A program made the translations under genes and the position numbers. The notes beneath the pieces are model-generated. The model saw only the letters and a program-made list of their open reading frames with translations. It did not search any database and was not told the origin of the DNA. A DNA stretch of 63,295 nucleotides, counting the filler, from Squatina squatina (Eukaryota), in assembly GCA_031763465.1 (NCBI GenBank). It is 4 parts of 4 records of this genome, joined end to end, with 100 filler letters (N's around TTAATTAATTAA, not from the genome) between each part and the next. Parts side by side here need not be neighbours in the genome. Positions count along the whole stretch, not along the records: positions 27,297 to 49,344 come from JARFOE010000233.1; 3 more parts are not named here. One strand, given 5' to 3'. Shown here in pieces: positions 27,297 through 39,372 of the stretch; position 1 is the stretch's first letter, and the number at the start of each line of letters is the position of its first letter.

Positions 27297-27675
27297 TTCA
27301 AATTCCTCCATGGCCTCACCCCCTCCCTATCTCTGTAATCTCCTCCAGCCTCACAAACCCCCGCTATATCTGCGCTCCTATAATGCTGCTGTCTTGAGTA
27401 TCCCCTATTATAATCGCTCAACTATTGGTGGCCATGCCTTCTGTTGCCTCAGCCCAAGCTGGGAATTCCCTCCCTAAAGCTCTTCACTTCTCTGCCTCTC
27501 TTTCCTCTTTTAAAACACTCCTTAAAACCTACCTCTTTGACTAAGCTTTTGGCTACGTACCCTAATATCCCCTTATGTGGCTCGGTGCCAATTGTTTTGT
27601 CTTATAATGCTCCAGTAAAGCGCCTTGGGATGTGTTACTACATTAACGGTGCTATATAAATACAAGATGTTGTTG
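27297..27675 (+). mobile_element. L2 LINE 3' end (ORF2 C-terminus and 3' UTR)
   Basis: FKFLHGLTPPYLCNLLQP...STIGGHAF...NSLP...FKTLLKTYLF with frameshifts, and tail aaagcgccttgggatg...gctatataaatacaagatgttgttg. Confidence 0.85.
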
Positions 27676-29116
27676 TATAGCTTACCAAGGAACTGCTGAT
27701 GGTGTTGACTCTGTGCTACAATGGTTTGCTCTGCAGAGTTAGGAATCTGTTGGCCACTTCCTGCGAAGCCATCTCCTATTCCATCCAACTTCTGCATAGG
27801 TTTATATCTGAGAAACAATATTACCAATTCTGATATTTTAGAATGTAAAACACTAGAATAGAAGAATTAGAAAATTGTGAAATTCCCAAGAATCCCACCT
27901 CCAAAAAGGGAAAGAAGAGTGAGAACCAACTGGAACCTCAAACCATGATAAACTTTTCACTTCTCTATATGCAATGACAACACTGACGTACATAAGAGTA
28001 TAAGAAGTCAAGAACAAGAAAGGTCATTCAGCCCATCAAAGCTCATCTCTCTATACAGCAGCTCTCACATTCAACTGTATTTCAGACATTGCTAGTGCTT
28101 TTGTCTTTACCAATTGCCTGGCAGGTTATCCCAAACATTTAGCACTCTTTGAGCAAAGAAGTTCTTCCTAATATAAGTTTTAACTTCTTATCAATTTAAA
28201 TTGATACCTCTCTTTCTACTTTCTTGGCTTAATTTAGAATAATATTATGGGTTTCAATCACCCAACACCATCTTCTGTATTGTACCTCAATAACGTCCCC
28301 CATTAAGTAGGTTCCTTCTAGACTGTAAAATCTAGATTTTCCTCACTTGTAGCTGTAGTATTGCAGTGGCCAGATGCAGAAATGAGTGGATGTTACACTC
28401 TCCAGAAATGACCCGGATTTGTAGCTCGCATTTTCTGGTGATGGNNNNNNNNNNNNNNNNNNNNNNNNNNNNNNNNNNNNNNNNNNNNNNNNNNNNNNNN
28501 NNNNNNNNNNNNNNNNNNNNNNNNNNNNNNNNNNNNNNNNNNNNTATTAATCAAAAAAAAAGGTTTTATCTGAACCATGTATTAATGTGTGTAGTACAAA
28601 GAAGTGGGCTCCACGCTGGAATAAGATATTTCCTGGTGATTAAAGCACTTTGCATATTTTTCTTCTAATAATCCTTCTGCTTTATAATTAGGTGTGGAGC
28701 CTACTTAATCATACATACTGATGTATAACGAGATTATCATTTTAGGTTTTGTATTCACTTTTGTGAAACACAGAAGTCAAACATTCTGTAGTTACTTTCA
28801 AATGATTCTATCTTGAGATAGTTTCCCATTATTTGTAGCCATAGTAGAACAAGTCAAATTTTAAGCAGTCCCTCGCTGAAGTCATGGTGGGAAACTGGTG
28901 GAACCACTGAGAAATTTTCGCTCTATTCTAACACCACATCTCAACATGACCAGTTGTTTACTCTGGTAAAGGGAAGGAAAGCAATACAAAATGTTAATAT
29001 GTTACACATGAAGTCAGGACAAATAAAATAAGCAGAAGTAGCAGCAGAACTAATCAGGAAAAGACTCATGTAACAGATGAAAGATTAAAGTGGTTTTGAA
29101 GGAAGAGGCAACTTAC

Positions 29117-29191
29117 ATGGCTGTTGAGAAGAGAGCTTCTGTGAGCTGTCAAACCATCAGACTTTTGGAGTGTCTCAATCGCCATTTCAAT
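29117..29191 (-). CDS. RFX3: RFX3 75-nt exon just upstream of the RFX DNA-binding domain
   Basis: Acceptor tatcatcAG, donor GTaagt, phase 0-0. It translates IEMAIETLQKSDGLTAHRSSLLNSH versus remembered human IEMAIETLQKSDGLSTHRSSLLNSH. Confidence 0.92.
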
Positions 29192-29687
29192 CTGATGATA
29201 GATAGCATTAAAAAAGAGCTCAAGACAAGACAGTAAAAGCAGATTTAATACATAGAAATAAATGAAAGAATAAAAAAGGCACAACAGGATTTTTTTAATG
29301 AACAAATTCCAAATAACAACTCGATTATGTTGAGTACTTTAGTTTTATGCAACTTAAAAGCAAAACACTTTCTAAAGTGCAATTTATTTTAATGACTTAA
29401 AGGAAAAGACTGCATGTCATCCTGCAGTACTGTACTAGCTAGACTGCACACTGAACTGTGTACCAGCTGCAGATTATACAATTTATACGAGCTCTTATAT
29501 TGCATGTACCAGGCCAGCTGTATGTCAGACAGCATTTAACAGTTTTATGTTGTACTGCGTACTGCAGTGGAATACTAGCTGTGCATTNNNNNNNNNNNNN
29601 NNNNNNNNNNNNNNNNNNNNNNNNNNNNNNNNNNNNNNNNNNNNNNNNNNNNNNNNNNNNNNNNNNNNNNNNNNNNNNNNNNNNNNN

Positions 29688-30164
29688 ATTGCCATGATCT
29701 CCAGCATTGACTCATGTCTCAGCTTCTACAGTCTGGCTTGATCGACTTCAGCGATCTGTCAGATACAATCTGGCCTTTTCTCCTCAGTGGCCTCAGATGT
29801 CCTTGAAGGAGGCCTTCTCCTAGAGGCTTTTCTGCTCGCCATTCCTTAAAAAAGTTGAGATAGAGTTGTGTGATTGCCTTCAAGCGAAGTCCTTAAGACA
29901 GCAACGATATCCCGCACTCGGCACTCCTTTCTTCTTTTGGGAGTGATCTACATCAATCGATGCGAGGCCCATGCAATGTCAAGGTAGCGTAGTGCCTCCG
30001 GGGCCAGTGGGGCCTCTCAACGCTTAGCACCTAAAGTGGCTGATTTGCGTTTCCTGATATTGCATCCCGGGACAAAAGTGGCCAATTTCGCAACATCATT
30101 GCACCTCCGATTGGAGTTGTTAACCTCTCAAATGTTTTGCTGAGGCGCTAGCTAATTTCACCCC
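29688..30164. mobile_element. Harbinger-like DNA transposon terminal fragment
   Basis: GC-richer segment ending aatttcacccc (reverse complement GGGGTGAAATT), similar to other termini in this window. Confidence 0.4.
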
Positions 30165-31263
30165 TCAGGTGTCTATTGTCTGAATTACATTCTTTTTATT
30201 TGTATTAAAGCTCAGTTAGTTGCTTGCAGACAATACATTAACAGATTAAAAGCTCCACATAAGGCATTTAGAAATTTTATTGGTTTTATTTTACTAGTTA
30301 ACTGCATAACAGGATTCCCTTAGCCCTCTACAAAAAAAAAACACACAAAAACTGTTGAAGGATCTGCATTGATGGCTTAATGATGGCTTACAATAGATTG
30401 ATTGCTGAAAGCTGACTTAAGCCCAATACTTTGCTGATACAGTAGCAGCTATAGATGATGATAGAAAGCTAGAAAACAAAAGATGGCACTACAGTTGGTT
30501 TCTTTCTGTTTGAGTTTATGACCCGTATGATCAGTGTTATAAATCACTGCAACCTTAATGTTCTACAAACTGCTCAAATCTATTAAATGTCTTTTTATAG
30601 AACCCTATGAACCCTTCACATGTGGTACTATATAGATGTCTTAAAGGTAACTGCTGGGTTTATTGATTGCTTGTTTTACACCGCAAGCACAGAACTGCTT
30701 TGCAGCTCTCAACCTCAGTCACACTTACAGAACATTGGCAAAATTGACTTTCTGTAAATTTTGAATACTGAAGATTACAGATTACAACGAGAGAAATGTC
30801 TGAAAGCAAAAAGCAGTTTCCCACTCAGAAATCCCTTAGTAAAATTTAAGCTGCTTAAGTTTTCTTTTTAGAAGGGGGAAGGGAAGAGCTTCACAAGTGC
30901 AAACATGGTTTTGGAAGGTTGAAACGGCTCATTTTATTTTTCATCAGGTGACCCCACTTGTTTTAAATATAAAGAAAGTAACACAGGGAATCTGGCCTTG
31001 CTTCAAATTTTTGACTTGTTTCTTTGAATGATTTCCAGGCTTCACAGTGTCCATTAAATTCACATCAAGAGTGAAATTACAGTAAATATTGGGCTGGAAT
31101 TTGCTGAAAACTTGTGCCATAGTAATGGTGCTTCTACTGCAGACGTCATTCCGACTTCAAGGANNNNNNNNNNNNNNNNNNNNNNNNNNNNNNNNNNNNN
31201 NNNNNNNNNNNNNNNNNNNNNNNNNNNNNNNNNNNNNNNNNNNNNNNNNNNNNNNNNNNNNNN

Positions 31264-31462
31264 TGATTGGGGCAAATAGCTTAGGTGTTTTCAAAAGGAA
31301 TGTAGGCAAGCCACATGAAAGAAAAGGGAATAGAAAGATATGCTGAATAGCTGAGATGAGGTAGATGGAATGTGAGGAGACTTGTTTGGAGTATAAATAC
31401 CAGCAGAGCCTATTTGGGCTGAATGGCCTGTTTCTGTGCTGTATATTCTACATAATTCTATG
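31264..31462 (+). mobile_element. CR1 LINE 3' end, decayed
   Basis: ttgggctgaatggcctgtttctgtgctgtatattctacataattctatg terminus. Confidence 0.7.
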
Positions 31463-31914
31463 TAACTCTAAAGTACCCAGCGAGCCAAGAACTGAAATAA
31501 CTTATTTGACCCCTGCCCTGTTTTATTTCCTTGTATTTGTTTCCCTTCCTCTTTCTCTCAATGTTTCCCTATCTGTTACTTTCTGATTGTACCTGCTGCT
31601 TTTCCTGTTACTCTCTAGAATTCCCAACTGCATCATTTCTCTCAAATGCTGCCTTTTTCTCCAGCAATGTCTCCCAACCCCACACCCCTATAGAAGTCAT
31701 GCACGCTCCTCTACTCCCAGGCCCCTTGCTGCTGATTAGTGCACTGTATAAGTTGTTCCTCCTGCTTCTGAGGTCCTCAAACAGATGATCAGTGCACAGT
31801 TAGTAATTTAGCAANNNNNNNNNNNNNNNNNNNNNNNNNNNNNNNNNNNNNNNNNNNNNNNNNNNNNNNNNNNNNNNNNNNNNNNNNNNNNNNNNNNNNN
31901 NNNNNNNNNNNNNN

Positions 31915-32760
31915 CCTTCCGTAAGTCCATTTTACAACAGCTACTGCACTACCTTCTCTGTTACTTCATCAAGGAATTCAATCAAGTTAGTCAGACACAA
32001 TTTGCCTTTACAAAATTCATGCTAGCTTTCCTTGATTAGTCCATGCTTTTCCAAATAAAAGTTTATTATGTCCCTGAAAATGGTTTCCAATAACTTCCCC
32101 ACCACCAATGTCAGGCTGACTGGTCTGTAGGTTCCTGCTTATCCCTTTCCCCTTTGTTGAATAGCAGCAAAATATAGGCAACCTTCCAGTCCTCCGGCAC
32201 TACTCCGTATTCAATCGGGATTGAAAGATTGTGACCAGTGCCTCTGCTATTTCTACCTTTGCTTCTTTCAGCAACCTAGGATGCATTCCATCAGGACCAG
32301 GTAAACTTACCAACTTTCAGTAATGCTAATGTTTTTAGTAAGTCTTCTCTATCTATTGTCCTGTCCATAACTCCCCTCTCTTCTTTTAGTGTAACCTTAA
32401 CATCATCTGCTTCCTTTCTGAAGACAGATGCAAAGTACTCATTTAATACTTTAGCCATGCCCTCTGCCTCTACGTGAATACTTCCCTTTGGGTCCTTAAT
32501 AGGTTCAACTTTTTGCCTCGCTAATTGCTTACACTTTATATGTTTCTAAAATGTTTTAGGGTTCACTTTAATGTTGTCTGCTAACCTTTTCTCGTAACCT
32601 CTTTGTCTCCTGTATTAAGTTTTTCAATTTCCTCCTGTACTTTCTATAATCTTCCTGGTTATTAAATGAAGCTTGATATTGACNNNNNNNNNNGAACTCG
32701 CTTCCTTGAAAGCCCTCCATTGCTCCATTACTGCTTTATCCTGCAATCGGCTATTTATCC
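31915..32760 (-). mobile_element. CR1 LINE ORF2 fragment (start of the RT domain)
   Basis: The minus strand encodes YRPVSLTLVVGKLLETI and F.KGKLCLTNLIEFLDEVTE motifs, with stops and frameshifts. Confidence 0.85.
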
Positions 32761-33205
32761 ACGAAAACACAAAGTAAACTGAGAAAGCAAACTGGTGAAA
32801 TTGGTCTTGGGCAGTAGCGCAAAACAAGCAATAACAAATTGGCAGCCTGTTTTACACCTCGCCCGATTTTCATTTCCATTGACTTCAATATCGGAAAGTG
32901 ACTCACATAGTTCCATTGGTGTAAACAGCATCACTCCCTTCCACATACTGCACCTGTGTTGGGTAGACATGCTGCACCTGTTGTACCTGAAACATAAACA
33001 AACAGCACTTAATTTTTTTAACTGTAACATCTTAAAAATGTTGTGCGTGTCCAGCAGTTCCTCTCAATATGAGAACGAACCTACTATAATACATCATTCT
33101 GTCACNNNNNNNNNNNNNNNNNNNNNNNNNNNNNNNNNNNNNNNNNNNNNNNNNNNNNNNNNNNNNNNNNNNNNNNNNNNNNNNNNNNNNNNNNNNNNNN
33201 NNNNN

Positions 33206-33334
33206 TGTAACTTCCTCCAGCCCGACAACCCCCTCAACCCTGAACTCAGTACACCTCCCCCCTCCTCTCACCTATTGGTGTTGTGCCTTCAGCTGCGTAA
33301 GCCCCACTCTGGAATTCTGTTCCTAAACCTCTCT
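33206..33334 (+). mobile_element. L2 LINE fragment interrupted by a Harbinger insertion
   Basis: Homologous to 27335-27490 (tgtaa..tcctccagccc...ctggaattc...cctaaacctctc); similarity stops at GGCCTAGAAATTC. Confidence 0.65.
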
Positions 33335-34155
33335 GGCCTAGAAATTCAGACTGGGCGCTATGAGTGCCACATTGGGACCAAAATGGCATCCAAGCAGTGT
33401 GTGCACACTTCTGGTGCGAGCTGCACCAGACGCCATCTTGGTGAGGATTGTAGGTCAGCCTTTGGGAGCATGTGCTGGAAGTATGGTAAGTAGGCAGATT
33501 GTAATGTCAATCAGCGTACGACATTGATTTGACGCCAGCTCTGCCAGTTTCGTCATCATCACGGGAGCTAATGCCCTCTCCTAACCTTGCACAGCTGAAC
33601 ATGCGTTTAGCAGCATGAAGGAGACTTCCCACCAGCAATACTTAAAGGGATCATCACCAACTTTCAGGTATTTGGTTTTTGATTTCTACTGGCTCTGTGT
33701 AAGTTTNNNNNNNNNNNNNGTGGTGCTTCAAGTGGAGAAGGCCTTCTTCTGAATTCAAGGGTTCTGGTCAGACCATTTACTCCCAGTCATGGGTGCTCTA
33801 GTTGTCCGCCCCCTTGGCCTGCAGCATGACATGGATATAGAACAGAGGCAGCAAAGAAGAGGACAAGCTGTTCGCAGAGGGAGGAGGAGGAGGAGGAGGA
33901 GGAGGAGGAGGAGGAGAAGGGCTCTCAGCAAGAGGCCTTACTAATCTACGGTCTTCCGAGAGCAATTCCTTTACCTCAGCCTGAGCCAGCAGCAGTGTCT
34001 GAGGCATCTGCGATTTACAAAGTAGGTGTTCACAGACCTCAGTCTCCTCTTGCAACCAGACCTGCAGCCTCACTCCAGGGCAAGGACAGCGCTGCCAATG
34101 ACTGTGAAAGTGACCATGACCCTAAATTTCTTTGGGATTCTTCCAGGCTGGAGCG
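33335..34155 (+). mobile_element. PIF/Harbinger DNA transposon, left end with decayed transposase N-terminus
   Basis: Terminus GGCCTAGAAATTC at 33335. The frame from ATG 33789 reads MGALVV...RRRR ALSKRPY*STVFREQFLYLSLSQQQCLRHLRFTK*VFTDLSLLLQPDLQPHSRARTALPMTVKVTMTLNFF, then a frameshifted GFFQAGA (HARBI1-like GSFQ). Stops at 33942 and 34023. Confidence 0.85.
33879..33916 (+). repeat. (GGA)n microsatellite
   Basis: About 12 perfect GGA units, read as poly-Arg in the transposase frame. Confidence 0.9.
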
Positions 34156-36712
34156 NNNNNNNNNNNNNNNNNNNNNNNNNNNNNNNNNNNNNNNNNNNNN
34201 NNNNNNNNNNNNNNNNNNNNNNNNNNNNNNNNNNNNNNNNNNNNNNNNNNNNNNNCTGGACCCGAGCAGAAATTCTATCCCACAGTGTCAACACATAGTG
34301 AACCACTTCTATTTAAAACAATCCTGTGCAAAATATATTTGGCATTAGTGGAACAGCACAGGGAGAGTAGCCATTTTCTAAAATGTTTTATTTTGGTGCC
34401 ACTGTCTTAGAAACAGTAATCCGATTGAGAATCCACTATGAGACTGCTTTTGCTAAACATTAAATACAAGGGAGGGAAATACTTCAGGATAATGCTAATG
34501 TAGGACTTTATCCAAAAGGAATCCTTCATTGGTAACTCCTTCATTAAATACCTGCAGTTTTCTTAACAGAGCGGGTTTCAATGATGTATTGTAAATTTTT
34601 AAGCCTTACTGTAGGTCTACTCAAAGTTGCACAGCAGGAAACCAGATACAATTTTACAACATACTTCAGTACAAAATATTATTTCAGTAGCAGAACATCT
34701 TTTTATTAAAATGAAGAAACTGGCAATCATTCATGCATGACCCCCACAGCAGAAAGACGCTTTGCACTATTCGCCTGTCATTTCCACTACATGTACCATA
34801 AGCAGCTTAGCACTAAATCAATTTTAAAAAACTGAAGAAGTTAAATACATTATTATTATAATGGGATAAAAGGCAATGAATGCTGTGCAGCTCCATTAGG
34901 CTTCTTTGTTAAGGAAAAAAGCCAATTATCTGCACCTGTCAACCGTAAAGACCTCAAACCATTNNNNNNNNNNNNNNNNNNNNNNNNNNNNNNNNNNNNN
35001 NNNNNNNNNNNNNNNNNNNNNNNNNNNNNNNNNNNNNNNNNNNNNNNNNNNNNNNNNNNNNNNGCCGATTGCCCCCGCAGCCCTCATCGCCTCCCCCCCC
35101 CCGCCATCCCCCCTCCACATACTGGCATGCTCGCTGGCTGGAACCTTGGGGAAAAAAATTTAAACTTATTTTGTGGCTCTCCTTCAGCTGCGCAAGCCTG
35201 TGGTCCTTGCCCTTAAGGGAGGGGACAGGGCAACGGCTCGCGCATGCGTGGTTGCACCGGCAACGTGGCTAACACCACGCTGCTGGCATAACCTGGAACT
35301 GACTCAGCATTGGCCGGGTCAGCACTGTGGCAACGCGTATTTTGCGTTGCCACACAGCACTGGCCTGTGACAGCCTCAAAGTGGCCAATGCCGCAGCCTC
35401 AAAGTGGCCAGCGCTGCTGGTAGCGGAGCGCATTCCGGGCTAAGGGAGCCCCATGCTGCGGCCTGTTTGGTCATTTATCACTTGTGTGCCCAGTTTGCTT
35501 TCTTCATGTTTGGGGTAGAGAATGCAATATTTTGAGTGAAAATGACACATTATAATTATTTTCAAAATAGTCCTAATCTATGATATCAAATAAGCAGACT
35601 GTCCCCATACATTTAGAAAGGGAGTTATTATATTGAGGACCACATTTGAAAAAAAAAAATTGCGTCTTTCCTCCTGTACCAAATATCTCTCGCACAGCAC
35701 CTTGTTTCTGTTTCAGTTAAACATATTTAAATTCAGGACTTTTATTCAGAACTTCCTTCAAACTTGAATAATGATACATTTCTTCAAGATGTTGCCATTC
35801 TTTCTGCAGTTTTTTTTAAATGTTGACACGTTTGCAAAACTAGATATATGATTTTAAAGACTGTAATTCCCCCAAACCCAACTACAATTAATAATTTGTC
35901 TATTCCCCTTCCTTTTACACTTTTAATTCTGATGGCTACCGTGGAGCAAGGCTGAACCAGCGAAAGCTGTGCCAATCACAAGCACAAAACTGAAAATGTC
36001 TACATTACTTCTGCAAAGAATCAATGCTTTAGATTTGTTTTTAAAACACATATTGTCCTGCATACCCCTCCAATAAAAACTGAATGCTTCTGTATCCATG
36101 CAAGTTGATTCTTCAACTTTATGTGCACATTATTAGTAACATAAAAGCCATAATAATATTTGGAAGGTTTTCAAAGGCCATTGCTTTACCTTACTTTGCA
36201 CATTTACCCGTAATTAATGTTTCTTCTTCAGTTTTGTGAAACAATGTAACAGGCTAAAAATGGGTCATTTCACTGGAGACTTCAATGGAAGGCCACAGTG
36301 GTGTGCATACAATAATAGTATTTATACACACCAAGTGTAGTTCTGCCCACTCAGTTTTTACAGCTGAGTAAGACTCAATTCTGCATTTGTATTTCAACCA
36401 TCAACGTTTTGTGTGAAGCAAAAATATTAGTGTGTTAAACATCTGAACCCTACAGTAATTAAATATTCGATTGAATATATCCATGAATTCAATATAAATA
36501 TATTGGAAAGTAAATCAAAATACAAGTAAACTTCATAGAATCTACCAAAAACAACATAATGCATTCCCTCTTTCAACAGATCGTAGTTTACAAAACACAA
36601 ACCACATTTAAACAAACACAGAAAGCGCTCGAGAAAAGTTAACAGAAGTGCTAACATTTCGATACATTTCACTACAAATTCTTAAACAAATATATTGGTT
36701 TAAAATAATTAC

Positions 36713-37450
36713 TCGGTCTTGCATTGATTTTATTACAGATATATGCAAAGATAAAAACCTTACATTCATTTAAGAAAATTAAATATCCGAGCCCTTTGAA
36801 ATATTTAAGATATCGTTTCCTCCTCCCCCAATCACAAAGGAACAAATCACCTATTAAAAGTCGAAGTTAAACACCATCGCTCTCGTAAATAAAACAAAAT
36901 AAAACTGAAGCCTCCCTGTTCCAGGCGTCTAGATAACAGACCAATCAATATCAATCTGTTGTCAAAAAGCCACATAAAACAAATAAAATCAATCCCATCC
37001 CCTCCCCCCGAAGAAGCCGTCATCAAACTGAGCTTCACTCAGTGCCCAGAGTTCAACCAAATCTCAAACGTTATCACTTTCCAAAGGAAAGCAAATATCG
37101 ATGCTATTTAAAATAAATCACAAAATTATTTTTCATTTCACATAAGGCAAGGGTTTTTTGTTTTAAAAAGTGGGTTTTAAGAAAGGAGTTTGCTCAAACT
37201 TTGATTCTCAAACCTTGGCCGTTCATTCAACCCCCATCAACGTTCCGCATGGACGCAGGCAATTAATAAAAATGGCACACTCCAACAGAGTGCTTCAACA
37301 GCTAGAGATTCTTTATAATTAAGAGATCCAGTCAGTGCCTTGTGACCGGAGGCACCTTCCCCTTGATTTATGAGTCACATTCCACTGCTCCTCGCGGTGA
37401 TTAGCACTTCACAGTTATGGAAGCATCTAGTCTGCAGACATTCCCATTCT
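36713..37450 (-). promoter_or_regulatory. Putative TATA promoter and long non-coding first exon (GLIS3 candidate by synteny with RFX3)
   Basis: Minus-strand TATAAA 37317-37312; TGATTTAT/TGAGTCA/CATTCC composite 37364-37383; tandem M-CAT 37438-37450; candidate donors next to 36764 (GTAAGG) and 36713 (GTAATT). The segment is CpG-retaining and free of recognisable repeats. Confidence 0.45.
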
Positions 37451-38057
37451 CACCTGCAACCTGTCTCTCTCTCTCTCGTTCCTTTTATTGTCTCTCTTTC
37501 CGTCACTGATACTATAGTCTATGCTCGTTTAAACCATTTAATGTAAATGAATGGTGTTCTGCCCAAGTTCCATATCCCCCTCCTCGCGGCACCCTACGCT
37601 GTGCTGAAATCAGGGGGCTCAATAGCGGGAGCCGTGGCAGGAATAGAGAGGCAGGGGTGGGGGAGGGGGAATCATACTATCTGGAGCGAGCACGCTGTGG
37701 TTCATTTGTACAAACCATGCATATTTACCTCCAATCTGTAAGAATGATAATATCCACATTTCAGCATAAAGTAATCCATCCAATGGCAATTAGATGAAGC
37801 TATGCTAAGTTATCACCTCAGTGACTGATAATGAGCCATTTGACCTTTGTTAATATGTCGCCTACAGTGCGCAGGCAGTGAAGTGTTGAACATAGCATCT
37901 AAACTAAAAGTTGAAATAATGCCATCATTCGTGGAGAACAAAGACATACTTTGGTCCAAGAAGTTATAAAAATAAAACAGGAGAACCATTGAATCCTATC
38001 CCAAATACTGTCCCAAAAATCATGGCAGTCAAAATGGCTGAGCTAGGCCTCCCTGAA

Positions 38058-38122
38058 AGCTCAGTGAGTTTATCCATGAATAGCTGAGCCATACAGATGG
38101 GAAGGTCCCAGGTTCAATCCCT
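38058..38122 (+). mobile_element. Decayed tRNA-derived SINE head
   Basis: A-box-like AGCTCAGTGAG and B-box GGTTCAATCCC (38111-38121); no cloverleaf. Confidence 0.45.
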
Positions 38123-38569
38123 AAATGCAACTCTCTTGAGGTGACATCTGTAGCGAATCACATATACTCCTCCTCAGCTGATATTCCATAGGTGTCGTCA
38201 TACTACTTTTCCTCGCTCACCAGGAGCTGCAGTTCAGCAGCACAAGAAAGGAGAGCCCCATCAGTTTTCTGTCTCTCACACAGATAATTTATCTGAAATG
38301 GGAGAAGCTTGTTTTTATGGGAAATCCAAGTGTAAATGTCAGTCCATGCTAAATTTTGAACTTAGACCTGCATGAGTTCAATTTCTGTTAGCTTTCCAGG
38401 TATTGAACCATTGCTTGGTTGTATTTTATGTTATTTTCCTTCCCTAGCCCCCTCCATTAAGATTTTCCCAATACCTTGTACCAATCTTCAGTAAAGCAAA
38501 TGGACAGATACACTGTTTAAGGTTCCTTCTTTGTTCCTTCATAAATGCTGTTCATCTGCAATAACTTTC

Positions 38570-38655
38570 AGTTCTGAGGAAGAGTTCTGAAATGTCAACT
38601 TACTCATGTCTCCAGCGGTTTCTGTTTTTGTTTCAGATTTCAAGCATCTGGATTT
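38570..38655 (+). mobile_element. Penelope-like terminal remnant with hammerhead core boxes
   Basis: agtt-CTGAGGA-agagttct-GAAA-tGTC-aact, then tccagc..tttctgtttttgtttcagatttcaagcatctg. Confidence 0.5.
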
Positions 38656-39182
38656 TTTTTTTCATACTGTTCAAGGTCTCTCATAATGTTTTTCTTGAAC
38701 TGACCACTGGATATTTATGAAAGCTGGGTTAACCTGACTGAAACTGGCAAAATAATATAACCATTTCCTTCAAAGAATCCATAATTAGCTCAAACTCTAA
38801 ATTAGGATCTTCAAAGATTTCACAGCCTGAAGAGAAAATTGTTGCTACAATTTAATAGTGATGCAACAAAAGAAAGTTGTGTAATAGCTTTACCTGCAGG
38901 CTAACAGGAAAATAATCCTGTCACAGAAACAGCGGTTAATGTCAATAAGATCAGGTGCCAATTGAGACCCACCAAAAACTTCAAGTAAAAAAATGAATGA
39001 ATTTTCCATTCAGCTGTAGGACTACCACAAAGAGGATTTGGGTAAACAGAGACTGGAAAATTGAATGGCTAGTGTACCTTACNNNNNNNNNNNNNNNNNN
39101 NNNNNNNNNNNNNNNNNNNNNNNNNNNNNNNNNNNNNNNNNNNNNNNNNNNNNNNNNNNNNNNNNNNNNNNNNNNNNNNNNN

Positions 39183-39372
39183 GTGGAGGCTCAGTCATTG
39201 AGTACATTCAAAACAGAGATTGATAGATTTCTAGATATTAAAGGCATCAAGAGATATGGAAATAGTGCAGGAAAATTGCGTTGAGGTAGAGGATCAGCCA
39301 TGGTCTTGTTGAATGGCAGAGCAGGCTCGAGGGGCTGGATGGCCGATTCCTGCTCCTATTTCTTATGTTCTT
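39183..39372 (+). mobile_element. CR1 LINE 3' end
   Basis: VEAQSLSTFKTEIDRFLDIKGIKRYG.. plus 3' UTR gatcagccatg..gaatggc..cctgctcctatttcttatgttctt. Confidence 0.85.

Noticed and set aside
30725-30760. Minus-strand KVNFANV resembling RFX VDFANVQ
   Set aside because: Upstream residues do not match, it is followed by a stop, and its position is inconsistent with RFX3 exon order.
38058-38122. tRNA gene
   Set aside because: Only A/B-box-like motifs with no cloverleaf; consistent with a SINE head.
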